From an uncultured Verrucomicrobiae bacterium (GTDB taxonomy: Bacteria > Verrucomicrobiota > Verrucomicrobiia > Chthoniobacterales > Chthoniobacteraceae): a stretch of 64,000 nucleotides of DNA. Shown here piece after piece: positions 45,002 through 55,347 of this stretch (position 1 is its first letter; each line of letters opens with the position of its first letter). A model generated the notes under the pieces. The model made no database searches and was not told where the DNA came from. It saw nothing but the letters and a program-made list of their open reading frames with translations. Both the position numbers and the translations under genes were made by a program. The stretch spans positions 32,001 through 96,000 of the forward strand of contig CAWHEP010000003.1 of the NCBI GenBank assembly GCA_963828525.1, read 5' to 3'.

Positions 45002-45886
45002 CTAAACGGTGTCGATAAAAGTTCGCTCGGTCTTCTGGAAAATGAGGATTCCCGAAATCAGTGAGGCCACGCCTATCAAGACTGAGATCGCCAGCGAAAC
45101 GGGGGTTACGGTGCCCTTTCCCAGAAGACATAGGCGGCAGGATTCAGTGACAGCGACCATCGGGTTGAAGTTCGCCAGCCACTGAAAGCGGATTGGCACA
45201 GCGGACAAGGGAAAAAAAACCGCGCTGCCGAACATCCAAAGCTGGGTGATGAACTGCAGCAAGTGCCATAAATCACGGTACTTGGATGTGAGGGCGGACA
45301 TCCACAGGCTGATCCCCAGGCTGAGCACTGCGGTATGGAGGATGAGGAGCGGCAGCAAAGCCACGGCGGGCGTCATCGCGAAAGTATGCCCTGCTGGCGT
45401 AAAGAACTTATAGTAGGCGAAAAACGCCAGGAAGGTAAGAAATTGCAAAATGAAGGCCGCCACATTTGAGATGACGAGGGAGAGCGGGATGATGATCCTC
45501 GGGAAATACACTTTGCCGAAAAGCTGGGCGTTATTGGTGAATGTGTTCGAGGCAGATCCAAGATTCTGCGCGAAATAGGTCCAGGCCAGAAGACCGCACA
45601 TGTTGAAAAGGATGGAAGGCAGCGTGTCGGTAGGAATCTTACCGACTTTCTGAAACACGATGGTGAATACGAAGGTGCTGAGCAGCGGCTGGAAGATGAA
45701 CCAGGAAGGACCCAGAAGCGTTTGCTGATACTTGGACACGAACTCGCGGCGTATAAGGAGATAAAGAAGGTCTCGATACTCGATGATCGAACGCGCGTCG
45801 AGATGCAGCCAGCGGGTGTTCGGTTCAATGACGACCTCGTAACCGCTCGCTGATTCGGCAGTGTCGGGAGACAAGGCTGGATTCAT
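45002..45886 (-). CDS. wzm: Polysaccharide ABC exporter permease
   Basis: YRDLL, YQQTLLG..W, KVYFPR, YRD, NPM. Confidence 0.9.
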   Translation of the reverse strand: MNPALSPDTAESASGYEVVIEPNTRWLHLDARSIIEYRDLLYLLIRREFVSKYQQTLLGPSWFIFQPLLSTFVFTIVFQKVGKIPTDTLPSILFNMCGLLAWTYFAQNLGSASNTFTNNAQLFGKVYFPRIIIPLSLVISNVAAFILQFLTFLAFFAYYKFFTPAGHTFAMTPAVALLPLLILHTAVLSLGISLWMSALTSKYRDLWHLLQFITQLWMFGSAVFFPLSAVPIRFQWLANFNPMVAVTESCRLCLLGKGTVTPVSLAISVLIGVASLISGILIFQKTERTFIDTV

Positions 45887-46058
45887 AGGGATGCTCTCAT
45901 CTCACTCGGGTATTCTTATAGACTGTTATGAGAAGAGCGAAAGTAGCAAGAGCCATTCCCTGCGACTGGAATCATGTCTGGAGGGTGAAAGAGCAACAAA
46001 AACTCTTGCCAAGCCCCTGTTCGAGTCACACCTTTCGTTTACCATCGGAGGAACCCCT

Positions 46059-47066
46059 ATGAGCACACCCGCAACTACCGAAGCCGTAAAAACCGCGCCG
46101 CAAACCAGTCAACTCGAGCAGCTAAAGAAATTCACCAAGGTCGTGGCGGACACCGGTGACTTTGAGTCGATGCGAGAATTTGAGCCCTACGACGCAACGA
46201 CGAACCCGAGCCTGATCCTGGCAGCGACGCAAAAGAAAGAGTATGCTCACTTGCTGGAAAAGGTGCTTTCTGAGACGAAGTCCTCGCGAGCGTCTGGAGC
46301 AAAAGGCGTTGATCAGGCCATTGACGCGCTGCTCGTCGCCTTTGGAGCGGAGATTTTGAGCATCGTTCCGGGCAGAGTTTCCACCGAGACGGACGCCCGC
46401 CTGTCGTTCGATACGCAGGGGTCCATCGACAAAGGTCGCGAGCTGATTGCTCTCTACGAAAAAAGAAGCATTTCTCGCGAGCGCGTCCTTATCAAAATAG
46501 CTTCTACCTGGGAGGGTATTGCGGCTGCAGAGGTTCTGCAAAAGGAAGGAATCAACTGCAACCTGACCCTTTTATTTTCGCTTCCGCAGGCAGTGCGCTG
46601 CGCGGAGGCAAAGGTGACCCTTATCTCGCCCTTCGTTGGACGCATCTATGACTGGTTCAAGGCCCGCGACAAGAAGGAATTCACCGGCGCGGAGGATCCG
46701 GGGGTGCAATCCGTCCAGACCATTTATAACTATTACAAGAAGTTCGGCTACACGACCGAGGTCATGGGCGCGAGCTTCCGCAACACCAGCCAGATCGTCG
46801 AATTGGCGGGGTGTGACCTGCTTACCATCAGCCCGGAGCTGCTCGCGAAGCTGGCCAAGTCCCATGACCCTCTCGAACGCAAGCTCCTGCCAGACGCCGC
46901 GAAGAATGCGGATGTGGAGCGGCTGGAGATGGATGAAAAGAAGTTCCGCTTCCTGCTGAATGATGATGCGATGGCCACCGAGAAGACAGCAGAAGGCATT
47001 CGAAAGTTCGCCGCCGATATCGTGAAGCTCGAGAAGTTGATCAGCGACAAGATCGCGCTGGGCTGA
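46059..47066 (+). CDS. tal: Transaldolase
   Basis: [38 protein letters not shown]. Confidence 0.96.
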   Translation: MSTPATTEAVKTAPQTSQLEQLKKFTKVVADTGDFESMREFEPYDATTNPSLILAATQKKEYAHLLEKVLSETKSSRASGAKGVDQAIDALLVAFGAEILSIVPGRVSTETDARLSFDTQGSIDKGRELIALYEKRSISRERVLIKIASTWEGIAAAEVLQKEGINCNLTLLFSLPQAVRCAEAKVTLISPFVGRIYDWFKARDKKEFTGAEDPGVQSVQTIYNYYKKFGYTTEVMGASFRNTSQIVELAGCDLLTISPELLAKLAKSHDPLERKLLPDAAKNADVERLEMDEKKFRFLLNDDAMATEKTAEGIRKFAADIVKLEKLISDKIALG

Positions 47067-47112
47067 GGGCGGGTTGCTTTAGCGCGGAAGCTCGTCGAAG
47101 TTCCGCGCAGGG

Positions 47113-50088
47113 GTGATTGAAGCGGAGCACAACGCGGAGTTGGAGCGGCGAATCCGGCAGATTGGCGAAGAAATTTTCTCCCGGATGCGAGAAGGAAGGT
47201 TCTCGCTATTTGACCAGCGGAATTGGACCGGAAAGATGATGGCGTGGTCGCTGCAGGATGAGCGATTCAAAACGCAGCTATTCCGGTTCGTGGATGTTCT
47301 CCCCGCCCTTAAAACTCCGAGGGCATTCATTGCGCATCTCCAGGAATACTTCGGTGATGAGGCCTCCGGACTTCCAAAACCGTTGAGGGTTATGCTGTCG
47401 ATTGGCACCCTCTTCCCGGCGCTGACGAGCTGGATTGTGAAGCGCAATGTCGTTGCGATGGCAGGACAATTCATAACAGGGGCGACCGCCGACAAGGCTC
47501 TGCCGATGCTCAGGAGAAGTTCACGGCGCGGCGCGGGCTTTACCGTGGATATTCTGGGAGAGGCGGTGTTAAGCGAAGAAGAAGCGGAGGCCTATGCCAG
47601 GCGTTATAGCGAACTGCTGGAGAGGTTGTCGGAAAAGACCTCTGATTGGGGCGATGCCCCTTCCAGTCAGCCGCGGGTAAATGTTTCAGTGAAGATTTCG
47701 GCTCTTTATTCCCAGATTCGGCCTGCTGATCCGGAGCGGGCGACCGATGAGCTGAAGACCCGGCTCCGACCCCTGCTCCGGCGGGCGCGTGAGTTGGGGG
47801 CCTTCGTGAATCTCGACATGGAGAGCTATTCGCTGAAGAATCTCACGCTGCATCTGTTCAAAAGCCTGATGGACGAGCCCGAATTTCTCTCGTACGGGAA
47901 TATAGGGATAGTCATTCAAGCTTATCTGAAGGACAGCGAGCGCGATCTTCTGAGCTTGATCGAATGGGCCAGATCACGACCCCGCCAGTTCACTGTCCGC
48001 CTGGTCAAAGGCGCATACTGGGATTACGAGCGCGTGGTCGCTGGCCAGAAAAACTGGGAAGTGCCGGTGTTCGAGCAGAAGTCTCAGACAGACGCCAGCT
48101 ACGAGCGACTGGCCGCGCTGTTGATACAGAATGACGAGACTGTCTGCGCTGCCTTCGCCACGCACAATGTCCGGAGCATCTCGAGCATACTCGCGCAAAC
48201 GGAAGCTGCGGGGCTGTCCCCGGATCGTTTCGAGTTTCAGATGCTGTACGGCATGGTCGAAGTGATAGAAGAGGCGCTGATCGGAATGGGTTTTCACGTC
48301 CGCGAATATTGTCCAATAGGAGAGCTGCTCCCGGGGATGGCCTACCTCGTAAGGCGTCTTCTTGAGAACACCTCGAACGAAGGTTTTCTGCGCGCCAAAT
48401 TCGCTTCTTCTGTTTCCACGGAAGACCTCCTCCGTGATCCTCGCGCGGCCGAGGCTGGGGCAGCATCGACAATCCGGCGAACAAGTGGCTTCAGGCATGA
48501 GCCACTTGCGGATTTTTCCCGCGAAAGCGACCGGGCGGCCATGGGAGCCGCCCTGGACGCAGAACGGACGAAATTTGGATCGCGCATCCCGATGGTGATC
48601 GACGCCAAATCGGCGCCGGGAAGCTCGGAAGTGGCCTCCGTGAATCCCGCGAGGCCTTCCGAGGTGGTCGGTTGGGTGTCATTCGCTTCAATTGAACACG
48701 CCGACATGGCAGTCACCGCTGCGCGCCGGGCGCATGGCTCCTGGAGCCGAACCGGCTTTTCGGCGCGAGCTGCGCTGCTTGAGAAAGCAGCTGATTTAAT
48801 GCGCGTTCGCCGCTATGAACTGGCCGCTCTCGAAGTCTGGGAAGTCGGGAAGACCTGGCAGGAGGCAGACGCCGACGTCGTTGAGGCCATAGACTACTGC
48901 AACTTCTATGCGGACGAGACGCGCCGCCTCGAATCGTGGGAGCTAACCGAGCACACGGCTGGCGAACGGAATACGCACGGATACACCTCTCGCGGGGTAG
49001 GCGTAATCATCGCGCCGTGGAATTTCCCCCTTGCGATCCTTTGTGGAATGACGGCGGCAGCAATCGTGACCGGCAATTGCGCGATCATGAAGCCTGCCGA
49101 GCAATCGTCCGTGATCGCGTTCCGACTCATGCGGATTTTCGAGGAAGCAGGTTTCCCCCCGGGTGTCGTAAATCTGATAACGGGGAGCGGCGAGGAAGTC
49201 GGAGCGCGCCTTGTCGAGCATCCTCGCGTCGAATTTGTCGCGTTCACGGGGTCGAAGGAAGTGGGTCTAAAGATTCTCGAGTCTGCCGGCAGGACGAAGG
49301 CGTCGCAATCGGAAGTTAAGAAGGTCGTTTGCGAGATGGGTGGCAAGAACGCCCTTATCGTTGACGATGACGCGGATCTCGATGACGCGGTAGCAGGCGC
49401 GCTTTACTCAGCCTTTGGCTACCAGGGCCAAAAATGTTCCGCCCTTTCGCGGCTCATCCTGCTGGAGGATATTCATGACGAGGTTCTTGCGCGGTTGATC
49501 GAAGCGGCTGGCAGTTTGGAAGTTGGGCCGCCGAGCCAACCCTCCATCTTCATGGGGCCTCTCATCGATAAAGACGCCCTCGAGCGGGTTCATCAATACG
49601 TTGAGATCGGGACTCGCGAGGCAACTCTCTCCTTCAAGGGACGTCTGTCCACCGCGGAAGGATTTTTCTACCCACCCGTCATTTTCTCCGACGTTCCGCG
49701 TGACGCGCGGATCGCGCGCGAAGAGATATTCGGCCCGGTGTTATGCGTGATGCGAGCTTCATCTCTGGATGAAGCGCTTCGCCTCGCGAACGATAGCGAC
49801 TTCGCTCTTACCGGCGGATTTTATTCGCGAAGTCCGGCCCGCATCGAGCGGGTGAAAAGGGAGTTTAGGGTGGGCAATTTGTATATCAACAGGCCGATCA
49901 CGGGCGCTGTTGTCAAGCGCCAGCCTTTTGGAGGTTTCAAAATGTCGGGGGCGGGAACGAAGGCGGGTGGGCGGGATTATCTCAAGAACTTCATGTTATC
50001 ACGAGTCATCAGCGAGAATGTAATGCGACACGGCTTCGCGCCGGCTGACGTAGCCCCATTTGGTGGCACAGAACGCGCGAGCTGTTGA
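47113..50088 (+). CDS. putA: Bifunctional proline dehydrogenase/P5C dehydrogenase
   Basis: RLVKGAYWD, ATHN, YLVRRLLEN; ALDH motifs PWNFP, EMGGKN, GQKCS, EEIFGP. Confidence 0.95.
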   Translation: MIEAEHNAELERRIRQIGEEIFSRMREGRFSLFDQRNWTGKMMAWSLQDERFKTQLFRFVDVLPALKTPRAFIAHLQEYFGDEASGLPKPLRVMLSIGTLFPALTSWIVKRNVVAMAGQFITGATADKALPMLRRSSRRGAGFTVDILGEAVLSEEEAEAYARRYSELLERLSEKTSDWGDAPSSQPRVNVSVKISALYSQIRPADPERATDELKTRLRPLLRRARELGAFVNLDMESYSLKNLTLHLFKSLMDEPEFLSYGNIGIVIQAYLKDSERDLLSLIEWARSRPRQFTVRLVKGAYWDYERVVAGQKNWEVPVFEQKSQTDASYERLAALLIQNDETVCAAFATHNVRSISSILAQTEAAGLSPDRFEFQMLYGMVEVIEEALIGMGFHVREYCPIGELLPGMAYLVRRLLENTSNEGFLRAKFASSVSTEDLLRDPRAAEAGAASTIRRTSGFRHEPLADFSRESDRAAMGAALDAERTKFGSRIPMVIDAKSAPGSSEVASVNPARPSEVVGWVSFASIEHADMAVTAARRAHGSWSRTGFSARAALLEKAADLMRVRRYELAALEVWEVGKTWQEADADVVEAIDYCNFYADETRRLESWELTEHTAGERNTHGYTSRGVGVIIAPWNFPLAILCGMTAAAIVTGNCAIMKPAEQSSVIAFRLMRIFEEAGFPPGVVNLITGSGEEVGARLVEHPRVEFVAFTGSKEVGLKILESAGRTKASQSEVKKVVCEMGGKNALIVDDDADLDDAVAGALYSAFGYQGQKCSALSRLILLEDIHDEVLARLIEAAGSLEVGPPSQPSIFMGPLIDKDALERVHQYVEIGTREATLSFKGRLSTAEGFFYPPVIFSDVPRDARIAREEIFGPVLCVMRASSLDEALRLANDSDFALTGGFYSRSPARIERVKREFRVGNLYINRPITGAVVKRQPFGGFKMSGAGTKAGGRDYLKNFMLSRVISENVMRHGFAPADVAPFGGTERASC

Positions 50089-50146
50089 AGGACAATCCCG
50101 CGTTGTGTAGCATTCCGTGGCGCGCGACCCGCGCTGAAGTCCAACG

Positions 50147-50812
50147 ATGATCCAGAAACTCATAGCCGAGATCGGAAAAAGCCAGCGTCTCGAAATACTA
50201 AATGTTTTGAAGCGCACTCAAGGGCTTTCGGTGAACGAGTTGGCAGGCCGGATGAACATGAGCTACATGGGGGTGAAGCAGCATTGTGTGGAACTCGCGC
50301 GCGATGGCTACCTGGACACATGGCGCAGGGCAAAACCAATCGGGCGTCCTGAAATGCTCTATCGTCTCACAAGGCGCTCCCACGAGCTTTTCCCGGTCGC
50401 CAGCAACGAACTGACCTTGCGACTTCTGGACTCGGCCGAAAAGCTTTACGGTCCTGCCTCATCGGAGAAATTGCTCTTCATGGTATTTCAGGAGAAAGGC
50501 GCAAAGTATATGGCGAAAGTTAAAGGCGACACCCTCCCGGCTCGAACAATCTCGCTCGCTCGCCTTCGCGACGGAGAGGGGTATATGTCGCAGGTTGAAA
50601 GCGGGAAGTTGCTTGCCATAGTAGAACACCACTCCCCAATACTTGATCTGCTGCGCGCTTTTCCCATCGTAGCGCGTCTGGAGGCCGAGATGTTTGAGAA
50701 AGTACTGAACATCCGAGTGGCAAGACAGGAGATCTCCGCATCGGGACTCTATTGCTGCACGTTTAGTCTTGGCGAACCGGCGGCTGAAGAGCTCTTCGCG
50801 CACATTGCTTGA
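50147..50812 (+). CDS. Winged-HTH transcriptional regulator (SufR/ArsR-like)
   Basis: N-terminal HTH, GRP..Y.LT, LFP, C-terminal GY...EHH-P. Confidence 0.8.
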   Translation: MIQKLIAEIGKSQRLEILNVLKRTQGLSVNELAGRMNMSYMGVKQHCVELARDGYLDTWRRAKPIGRPEMLYRLTRRSHELFPVASNELTLRLLDSAEKLYGPASSEKLLFMVFQEKGAKYMAKVKGDTLPARTISLARLRDGEGYMSQVESGKLLAIVEHHSPILDLLRAFPIVARLEAEMFEKVLNIRVARQEISASGLYCCTFSLGEPAAEELFAHIA

Positions 50813-50845
50813 TTTCTTTCATTTTTACTGATTGATTCATTGGAG

Positions 50846-50922
50846 GTGCCTGTAGCTCAATTGGATAGAGTTTCTGACTTCGGATCAGAAGGTTGGCGGT
50901 TCGAGCCCGTCCAGGCACACCA
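50846..50922 (+). tRNA. tRNA-Arg (anticodon TCG)
   Basis: Acceptor GTGCCTG/CAGGCAC, D-arm, anticodon arm TCTGA-CTTCGGA-TCAGA, GTTCGAG T-loop, encoded CCA. Confidence 0.95.
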
Positions 50923-50928
50923 AATTAT

Positions 50929-50947
50929 ATGGCTGTGAGGCAGCCAT
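50929..50947 (+). terminator. Hairpin after tRNA (possible terminator or processing signal)
   Basis: ATGGCTG-TGAGG-CAGCCAT; no U-tract. Confidence 0.35.
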
Positions 50948-50981
50948 CAGGGCCGCCAGATATACTAGTCATTTTGGCAAT

Positions 50982-51003
50982 GTTACGTTCAGGTTACATT
51001 CAG
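50982..51003 (+). promoter_or_regulatory. 11-bp tandem direct repeat, possible regulator binding site
   Basis: GTTACGTTCAG-GTTACATTCAG just upstream of TTGACC and of the gene at 51045. Confidence 0.4.
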
Positions 51004-51044
51004 CGCTTGACCTGTAGCAGCATGACATTTACAGGGGGAAGATC

Positions 51045-51462
51045 ATGAACATAAAAACACTAACCAGTTCGCATGTGCAACGCTTGCTCGAGTTGACAAA
51101 GAAACGAGAAGCTACCGCGACTGAATTGGCGCATATCGAAAGCCAAATCGCCGTTCTATACGGTAACGGAGAATCAACTATTCCATCCGCTGCCATCGCC
51201 GCGCCGCCTGCTCCAAGGCGCCGCGGCCCTGGACGCCCCCCCGGGAAGAGCGCCCAACCTGGCGCCGGCCGCCGGGGAAACCTCAAGGAGAGGATAATGT
51301 CGCTCTTGAAGACCGCGGGCTCCAAAGGGCTGAAGAGTACGAGATGTTGCGGAAGGAATTGGAGCGAAGCAGGGCGCTGTGAACGTGTGGTTTTACACAA
51401 CGGGCAAGACCGTTCCGGGCTTAAAGAAGGTCGCTCCGGGAACCTTCTCTTTTAAGGGCTAG
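51045..51462 (+). CDS. Small basic DNA-binding-like protein (coiled coil, AT-hook-like linker, winged-helix-like C-terminus), +1 frameshift at about 51335
   Basis: Removing one base after KGL gives VRDVAEGIGAKQGAVNVWFYTTGKTVPGLKKVAPGTFSFKG*; RRGPGRPPGK motif; GGGGGA RBS. Confidence 0.72.
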
Positions 51463-51540
51463 TCGCGAGAACAATCACAGCCGGGTTCAATCCCCTGCTC
51501 GCGGAAAATCATCGCCCGGGCTTTGGATAGCTTCAGCTGA

Positions 51541-52593
51541 TTACCTTACTTCCGCAGCCTGCGCCGGAGGAAGGTATATCTTCACGTCTGCTTTCTGACG
51601 AATATCAGCCAAAAGCGTTTGCACAGCATTCTGACGCTTCTGGTTCGACATGAAAGCCATCAGCTTCTCTTTCACTTCTGGAAAAGGAACTACCCTGGCA
51701 TCCTTGCGATCCGTCGCCTTTATGATGTGATAGCCGAACTGCGTCTTGACCAGCCCGCTTACTTCATCCTTTTTCAGCTTAAAGGCGGCGTCAGCAAATT
51801 CGGGTACCATCCTTTCCCTGGGAAAGAAGTCGAGGTCTCCACCTTTGATCTTGGAGCCGGGATCATCGGATAGTTCGCTGGCGACTTTTGCGAACGATTC
51901 GCCGCCTTTCACGCGGGCGAGCGCGGCTTCCGCGTCCTTCTGCTTCTTCGCGGCTACCTCAGGAGACGCGTCCTTGGGAACCGCGATGAGAATGTGACTG
52001 GCGCGAACAGTTTCCGGCATGTTGAATTTCTCGGGATTCTTGTCGTAAAAGCTTTGGGCGTCGGCTTCCGAAACATCTACCTTGCCGCCAATTTGCGCGT
52101 CTATCCACTTCCGCGCGCGGATGTTTTTGCGAAGACTATCCTTGATTTGATCCAGTGTCTGGCCGGTGCGCGCCACTTCGGCCTTCATCTGCTCCTCCGA
52201 ACCATAGCGTTGCTTCAGCCGATTATATTCCGCGTCAACTTCCGCGTCTGTGACAGCCACGTCAGCAGACCTTTTAGCAATAAGCTTCTGCATCACGATC
52301 TGGTCAAGGACTGCATGATAACCTTGCAGCTTCTGCTCCCGGCTGAAATCTGCGAGCGTCTTGCCGTGCTGGGCGAGCGCCGCGTTTAAGGTGCCTTCCA
52401 AATCGACTTTATTGATTGGCTGCCCTTCCACTTCGGCTACGGGATCCTTAAGCACGAAATCTGTGGGTGGCAGCGCGACGCCCGCGGGCTTCTCCACAGA
52501 AGGAGTGGCCATAGCGGACGCGGCCTTGGAAGTCGAAGACAGCGCGCTAGTAAGAAGGGGGGCGCATAAGACGAGGAGGAGAGTCGGTTTCAT
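51541..52593 (-). CDS. Parvulin-type peptidyl-prolyl isomerase (SurA/PrsA-like)
   Basis: Signal peptide; VRASHIL, GGDL, MVPEF, TQFGYHII. Confidence 0.93.
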   Translation of the reverse strand: MKPTLLLVLCAPLLTSALSSTSKAASAMATPSVEKPAGVALPPTDFVLKDPVAEVEGQPINKVDLEGTLNAALAQHGKTLADFSREQKLQGYHAVLDQIVMQKLIAKRSADVAVTDAEVDAEYNRLKQRYGSEEQMKAEVARTGQTLDQIKDSLRKNIRARKWIDAQIGGKVDVSEADAQSFYDKNPEKFNMPETVRASHILIAVPKDASPEVAAKKQKDAEAALARVKGGESFAKVASELSDDPGSKIKGGDLDFFPRERMVPEFADAAFKLKKDEVSGLVKTQFGYHIIKATDRKDARVVPFPEVKEKLMAFMSNQKRQNAVQTLLADIRQKADVKIYLPPAQAAEVR

Positions 52594-52673
52594 GTAGGGT
52601 GGCAAACTGGCATGCTTGGTTAACGCGCGCCAGCTATTCTTTGCTCGTAAAGCGTCGATGTTTTGAGAGGTTC

Positions 52674-54764
52674 CTATTGAGCTTTTGCGTCTTCAATCGC
52701 GTTTCTTCGCAAGCTCTCGGCATGCCGCAAAGCCTCGGCCGCATCAGCTTTCCTGCCGAGTTCATCAAGAATGACTGACAACATGGCGAACTCACCAGGT
52801 TGAGCGGGGTCACGACGAATCGCAGCCATCTCCGCTTCATAAGCCGCGTCTGGCCTTTTCTGTTTCAGGTCGACCTGCGCGATAAGATTCAGGGGCTCTG
52901 TGCCATGGATATTCAATGTACTGGCATGGATAAGCGCGGTAATGGCAGAGGCTTCGTCGGACCGGGCGAGACGCAGTTGGCTGAGGCGCATATACGAATC
53001 ATAATGCCACCAGTGCCGCGCCGTATAATCCTCAACCATCCGTTCGGCGTCCTTCGCGCGAGAAGCCTTCTGAAGAATATCTGCTTCCGTGCTTACCAGA
53101 TCCCAAACGTCAGGGTTTTTCTTGATCGCTTCGTCCAGAGTCGAGATCGCCTCCGCGACTTTTCCGTCCTCACTTTCCAGGCGCCCCAGCGCGACAGCCG
53201 CCGCCCATGTGCGCGGGTAAGGTTTCGCGCTGGAATCGGCTGGCGCCCGAGCGGATACCAAATATTGGCGCGCCTCGTCTTTCCTCCCAAGCTCCGCAAG
53301 ATTGATCCCCAAGTTGATCCTCGCGGGCGCGAAGTCCGGGAACCGCTTTACTCCGTCCGTCAAAACTTCCACAGCCTTAACATAATCGTGGCGCTGATTG
53401 TAAACGAACCCGAGGTTGGTGTACATGCGGGCCGATCCGGCTCCGGCGCGGATCGTCTGCTTGTAGAACGCCTCGGGGTTGGCCCATTCCTGGCTGCGGA
53501 GCGCTGTCCTTACCCCCAGCGCGAATATCGCCAGCACCAGCAGTCCTGTCGCGATAGGAATGATTCTCCTGTGAAGCGCGAAGGCACAGCCGGCGAGGAA
53601 AAGCAGGAATCCAATGCTAGGAATGTAAATCCAATGTTCGGCGACCTGCGCGTTCAGAGGAAAAAGATTTGAGATCGGCAGGAAACCCGCCGTAAACCAG
53701 ACGGCGGAAAACAGGCAGAGGCGCTTCCCTTGGAAGTTTTTCGAAGGCACCCATGCTAACAGGGCGAGTGTCGCAGCGCCAAATATGGATAAGTATTCGA
53801 ATCGTATGTTTTGCTCCCAAACCTCGCGCGTGGCGTAAGTCGCAGGAGAAAAAACAACCCTTTCCATGTGCAGATCGCCCGGAAAAAGCATGAGGCTGCT
53901 GTAGTCGCCGAGGGCCCGAAGCATCAGGAGAATACGGGCGGGAAGTGTCTCCGCGGAATCTTCCCTCAAGGGCGTTCTCGGCCCCGGCAGACTGCGAAGA
54001 ACGTAATATGCCATCACTACTCCCAACAGCGCGGCGCACACGGCCACGACTGAACGCGCGGAAGGACGAGGTTTGGGCCCTGACGCCTCGAAGATGAGCG
54101 CTATGGTGAACAACTCCATCCATACAAGCCCCACTTCCTTGGAGCAAAGAGCCACAAGGGCGAGTACGAGAGCGAAGGCGTAGAGGCTTATTTTCCCACC
54201 GCGAGACGGCACCTGCCGTCCTTTCAGAAATCCCAGCCACGCCGCCAGAGCGAATAATGCGGCAAGGCTATCTGCCCGGCCCGCGATGTAGGCGACAGCC
54301 GCGTTATGGACTGGGTGAATCACCCATACAAGGGACACCATGAACGCAATCCCCCGGTCATCCCGCGGATCCCGTGAGACGCCGGCTTCGCTCGTAAGAC
54401 CCGGCAGGATGTTACACAACAGCTTGAAAAGGAGACACCCGCTAAGTCCATGGAGCAGGATATTCGTGAGATGGTAGCCGAAGGAGTTCGTGTTCCACAG
54501 CCAGTAGTCCAGCATGTACGACCAGTTCTGAACCGGCCTGTAGTAGATCGAGAAGGAGTCGAGAAAGAGCCAGTGGCGAAATACCTCAAAGAAAAAGATC
54601 GGACTTTTGAAGAATGGATTCTCCCGAACAAGGTAATGGTCATCCCACAGGATGTCGCCTTGCAGTGCCGGAGAATAAACAAGCAGAGCGCTGCCAAGCA
54701 GAAACAGGAGCGCAAGGGAATCGCGAATCCAGATGACTGAGAGGGCCTTGGTTAATCTGCTCAT
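52674..54764 (-). CDS. TMTC-like GT-C glycosyltransferase with C-terminal TPRs
   Basis: WDD...NP, YYRP, GYHLTNILLH, HPVH.AAVAYIAGRAD, SKE, AEHWIY; TPR helices. Confidence 0.82.
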   Translation of the reverse strand: MSRLTKALSVIWIRDSLALLFLLGSALLVYSPALQGDILWDDHYLVRENPFFKSPIFFFEVFRHWLFLDSFSIYYRPVQNWSYMLDYWLWNTNSFGYHLTNILLHGLSGCLLFKLLCNILPGLTSEAGVSRDPRDDRGIAFMVSLVWVIHPVHNAAVAYIAGRADSLAALFALAAWLGFLKGRQVPSRGGKISLYAFALVLALVALCSKEVGLVWMELFTIALIFEASGPKPRPSARSVVAVCAALLGVVMAYYVLRSLPGPRTPLREDSAETLPARILLMLRALGDYSSLMLFPGDLHMERVVFSPATYATREVWEQNIRFEYLSIFGAATLALLAWVPSKNFQGKRLCLFSAVWFTAGFLPISNLFPLNAQVAEHWIYIPSIGFLLFLAGCAFALHRRIIPIATGLLVLAIFALGVRTALRSQEWANPEAFYKQTIRAGAGSARMYTNLGFVYNQRHDYVKAVEVLTDGVKRFPDFAPARINLGINLAELGRKDEARQYLVSARAPADSSAKPYPRTWAAAVALGRLESEDGKVAEAISTLDEAIKKNPDVWDLVSTEADILQKASRAKDAERMVEDYTARHWWHYDSYMRLSQLRLARSDEASAITALIHASTLNIHGTEPLNLIAQVDLKQKRPDAAYEAEMAAIRRDPAQPGEFAMLSVILDELGRKADAAEALRHAESLRRNAIEDAKAQ

Positions 54765-54804
54765 GGAACGCCCCTTGACGATAGGGATCCCTCGCCAAAC
54801 GCGC

Positions 54805-54852
54805 AAACATCCAGTCGCCCCGGTTCAAAGGAGAACGGACGACTGGATGTTT
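54805..54852 (-). repeat. Inverted repeat/RNA hairpin after pilin 2
   Basis: AAACATCCAGTCG ... CGACTGGATGTTT, 13-bp perfect arms. Confidence 0.85.
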
Positions 54853-54868
54853 GGAATTTATCCAGCGG

Positions 54869-55267
54869 CTACTTGTATGGAGACCAGAATGCAGCTTCCG
54901 CCACATCCGACAGCGTGTTGAATGTGGGTGCGTTCACCTTTGGAACGGTATCAACAGAGAACGGCCCGTACGGGTTTCCGAAAAGGTCCGCTCCCGTCGC
55001 GTAGAGCGTCGTGCCGGTTTTCAGGTAGTTCTTCAAATCAGTGAAGTTCGTGACATAACCGGACGTTTTGCTGCTCTCGATGGCATACTGATCCAGGGCG
55101 TTGTCAAGCATCCGCAACTCCTCAATGGTGCGGGTGGCTTGTGAGCGCTTTCGACCGCGAATCCAACTCGGAATCGCAATCGCGGAGAGCAGGCCAATGA
55201 TAGCTACGACAATCATGATTTCCACCAATGTAAAGCCGCCGCGTGTCCGCATGAGCTTTTGTAACAT
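54869..55267 (-). CDS. Type IV pilin-like protein (copy 2)
   Basis: Basic leader, GG|FTLVEIMIVVAII class III signal, E5, P22. Confidence 0.9.
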   Translation of the reverse strand: MLQKLMRTRGGFTLVEIMIVVAIIGLLSAIAIPSWIRGRKRSQATRTIEELRMLDNALDQYAIESSKTSGYVTNFTDLKNYLKTGTTLYATGADLFGNPYGPFSVDTVPKVNAPTFNTLSDVAEAAFWSPYK

Positions 55268-55347
55268 GGAGGGTCTTTCAGTTTTCAGGGTTGCATCACA
55301 GCCCGGCAGCGGAACCTCTGCTCCGTCCGCCCGCGCCTGTGAAACTC

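Noticed and set aside
47082..47108. GCGCGGAA...TTCCGCGC hairpin between tal and putA as a terminator or riboswitch
   Set aside because: Short stem, no U-tract and no recognisable aptamer.
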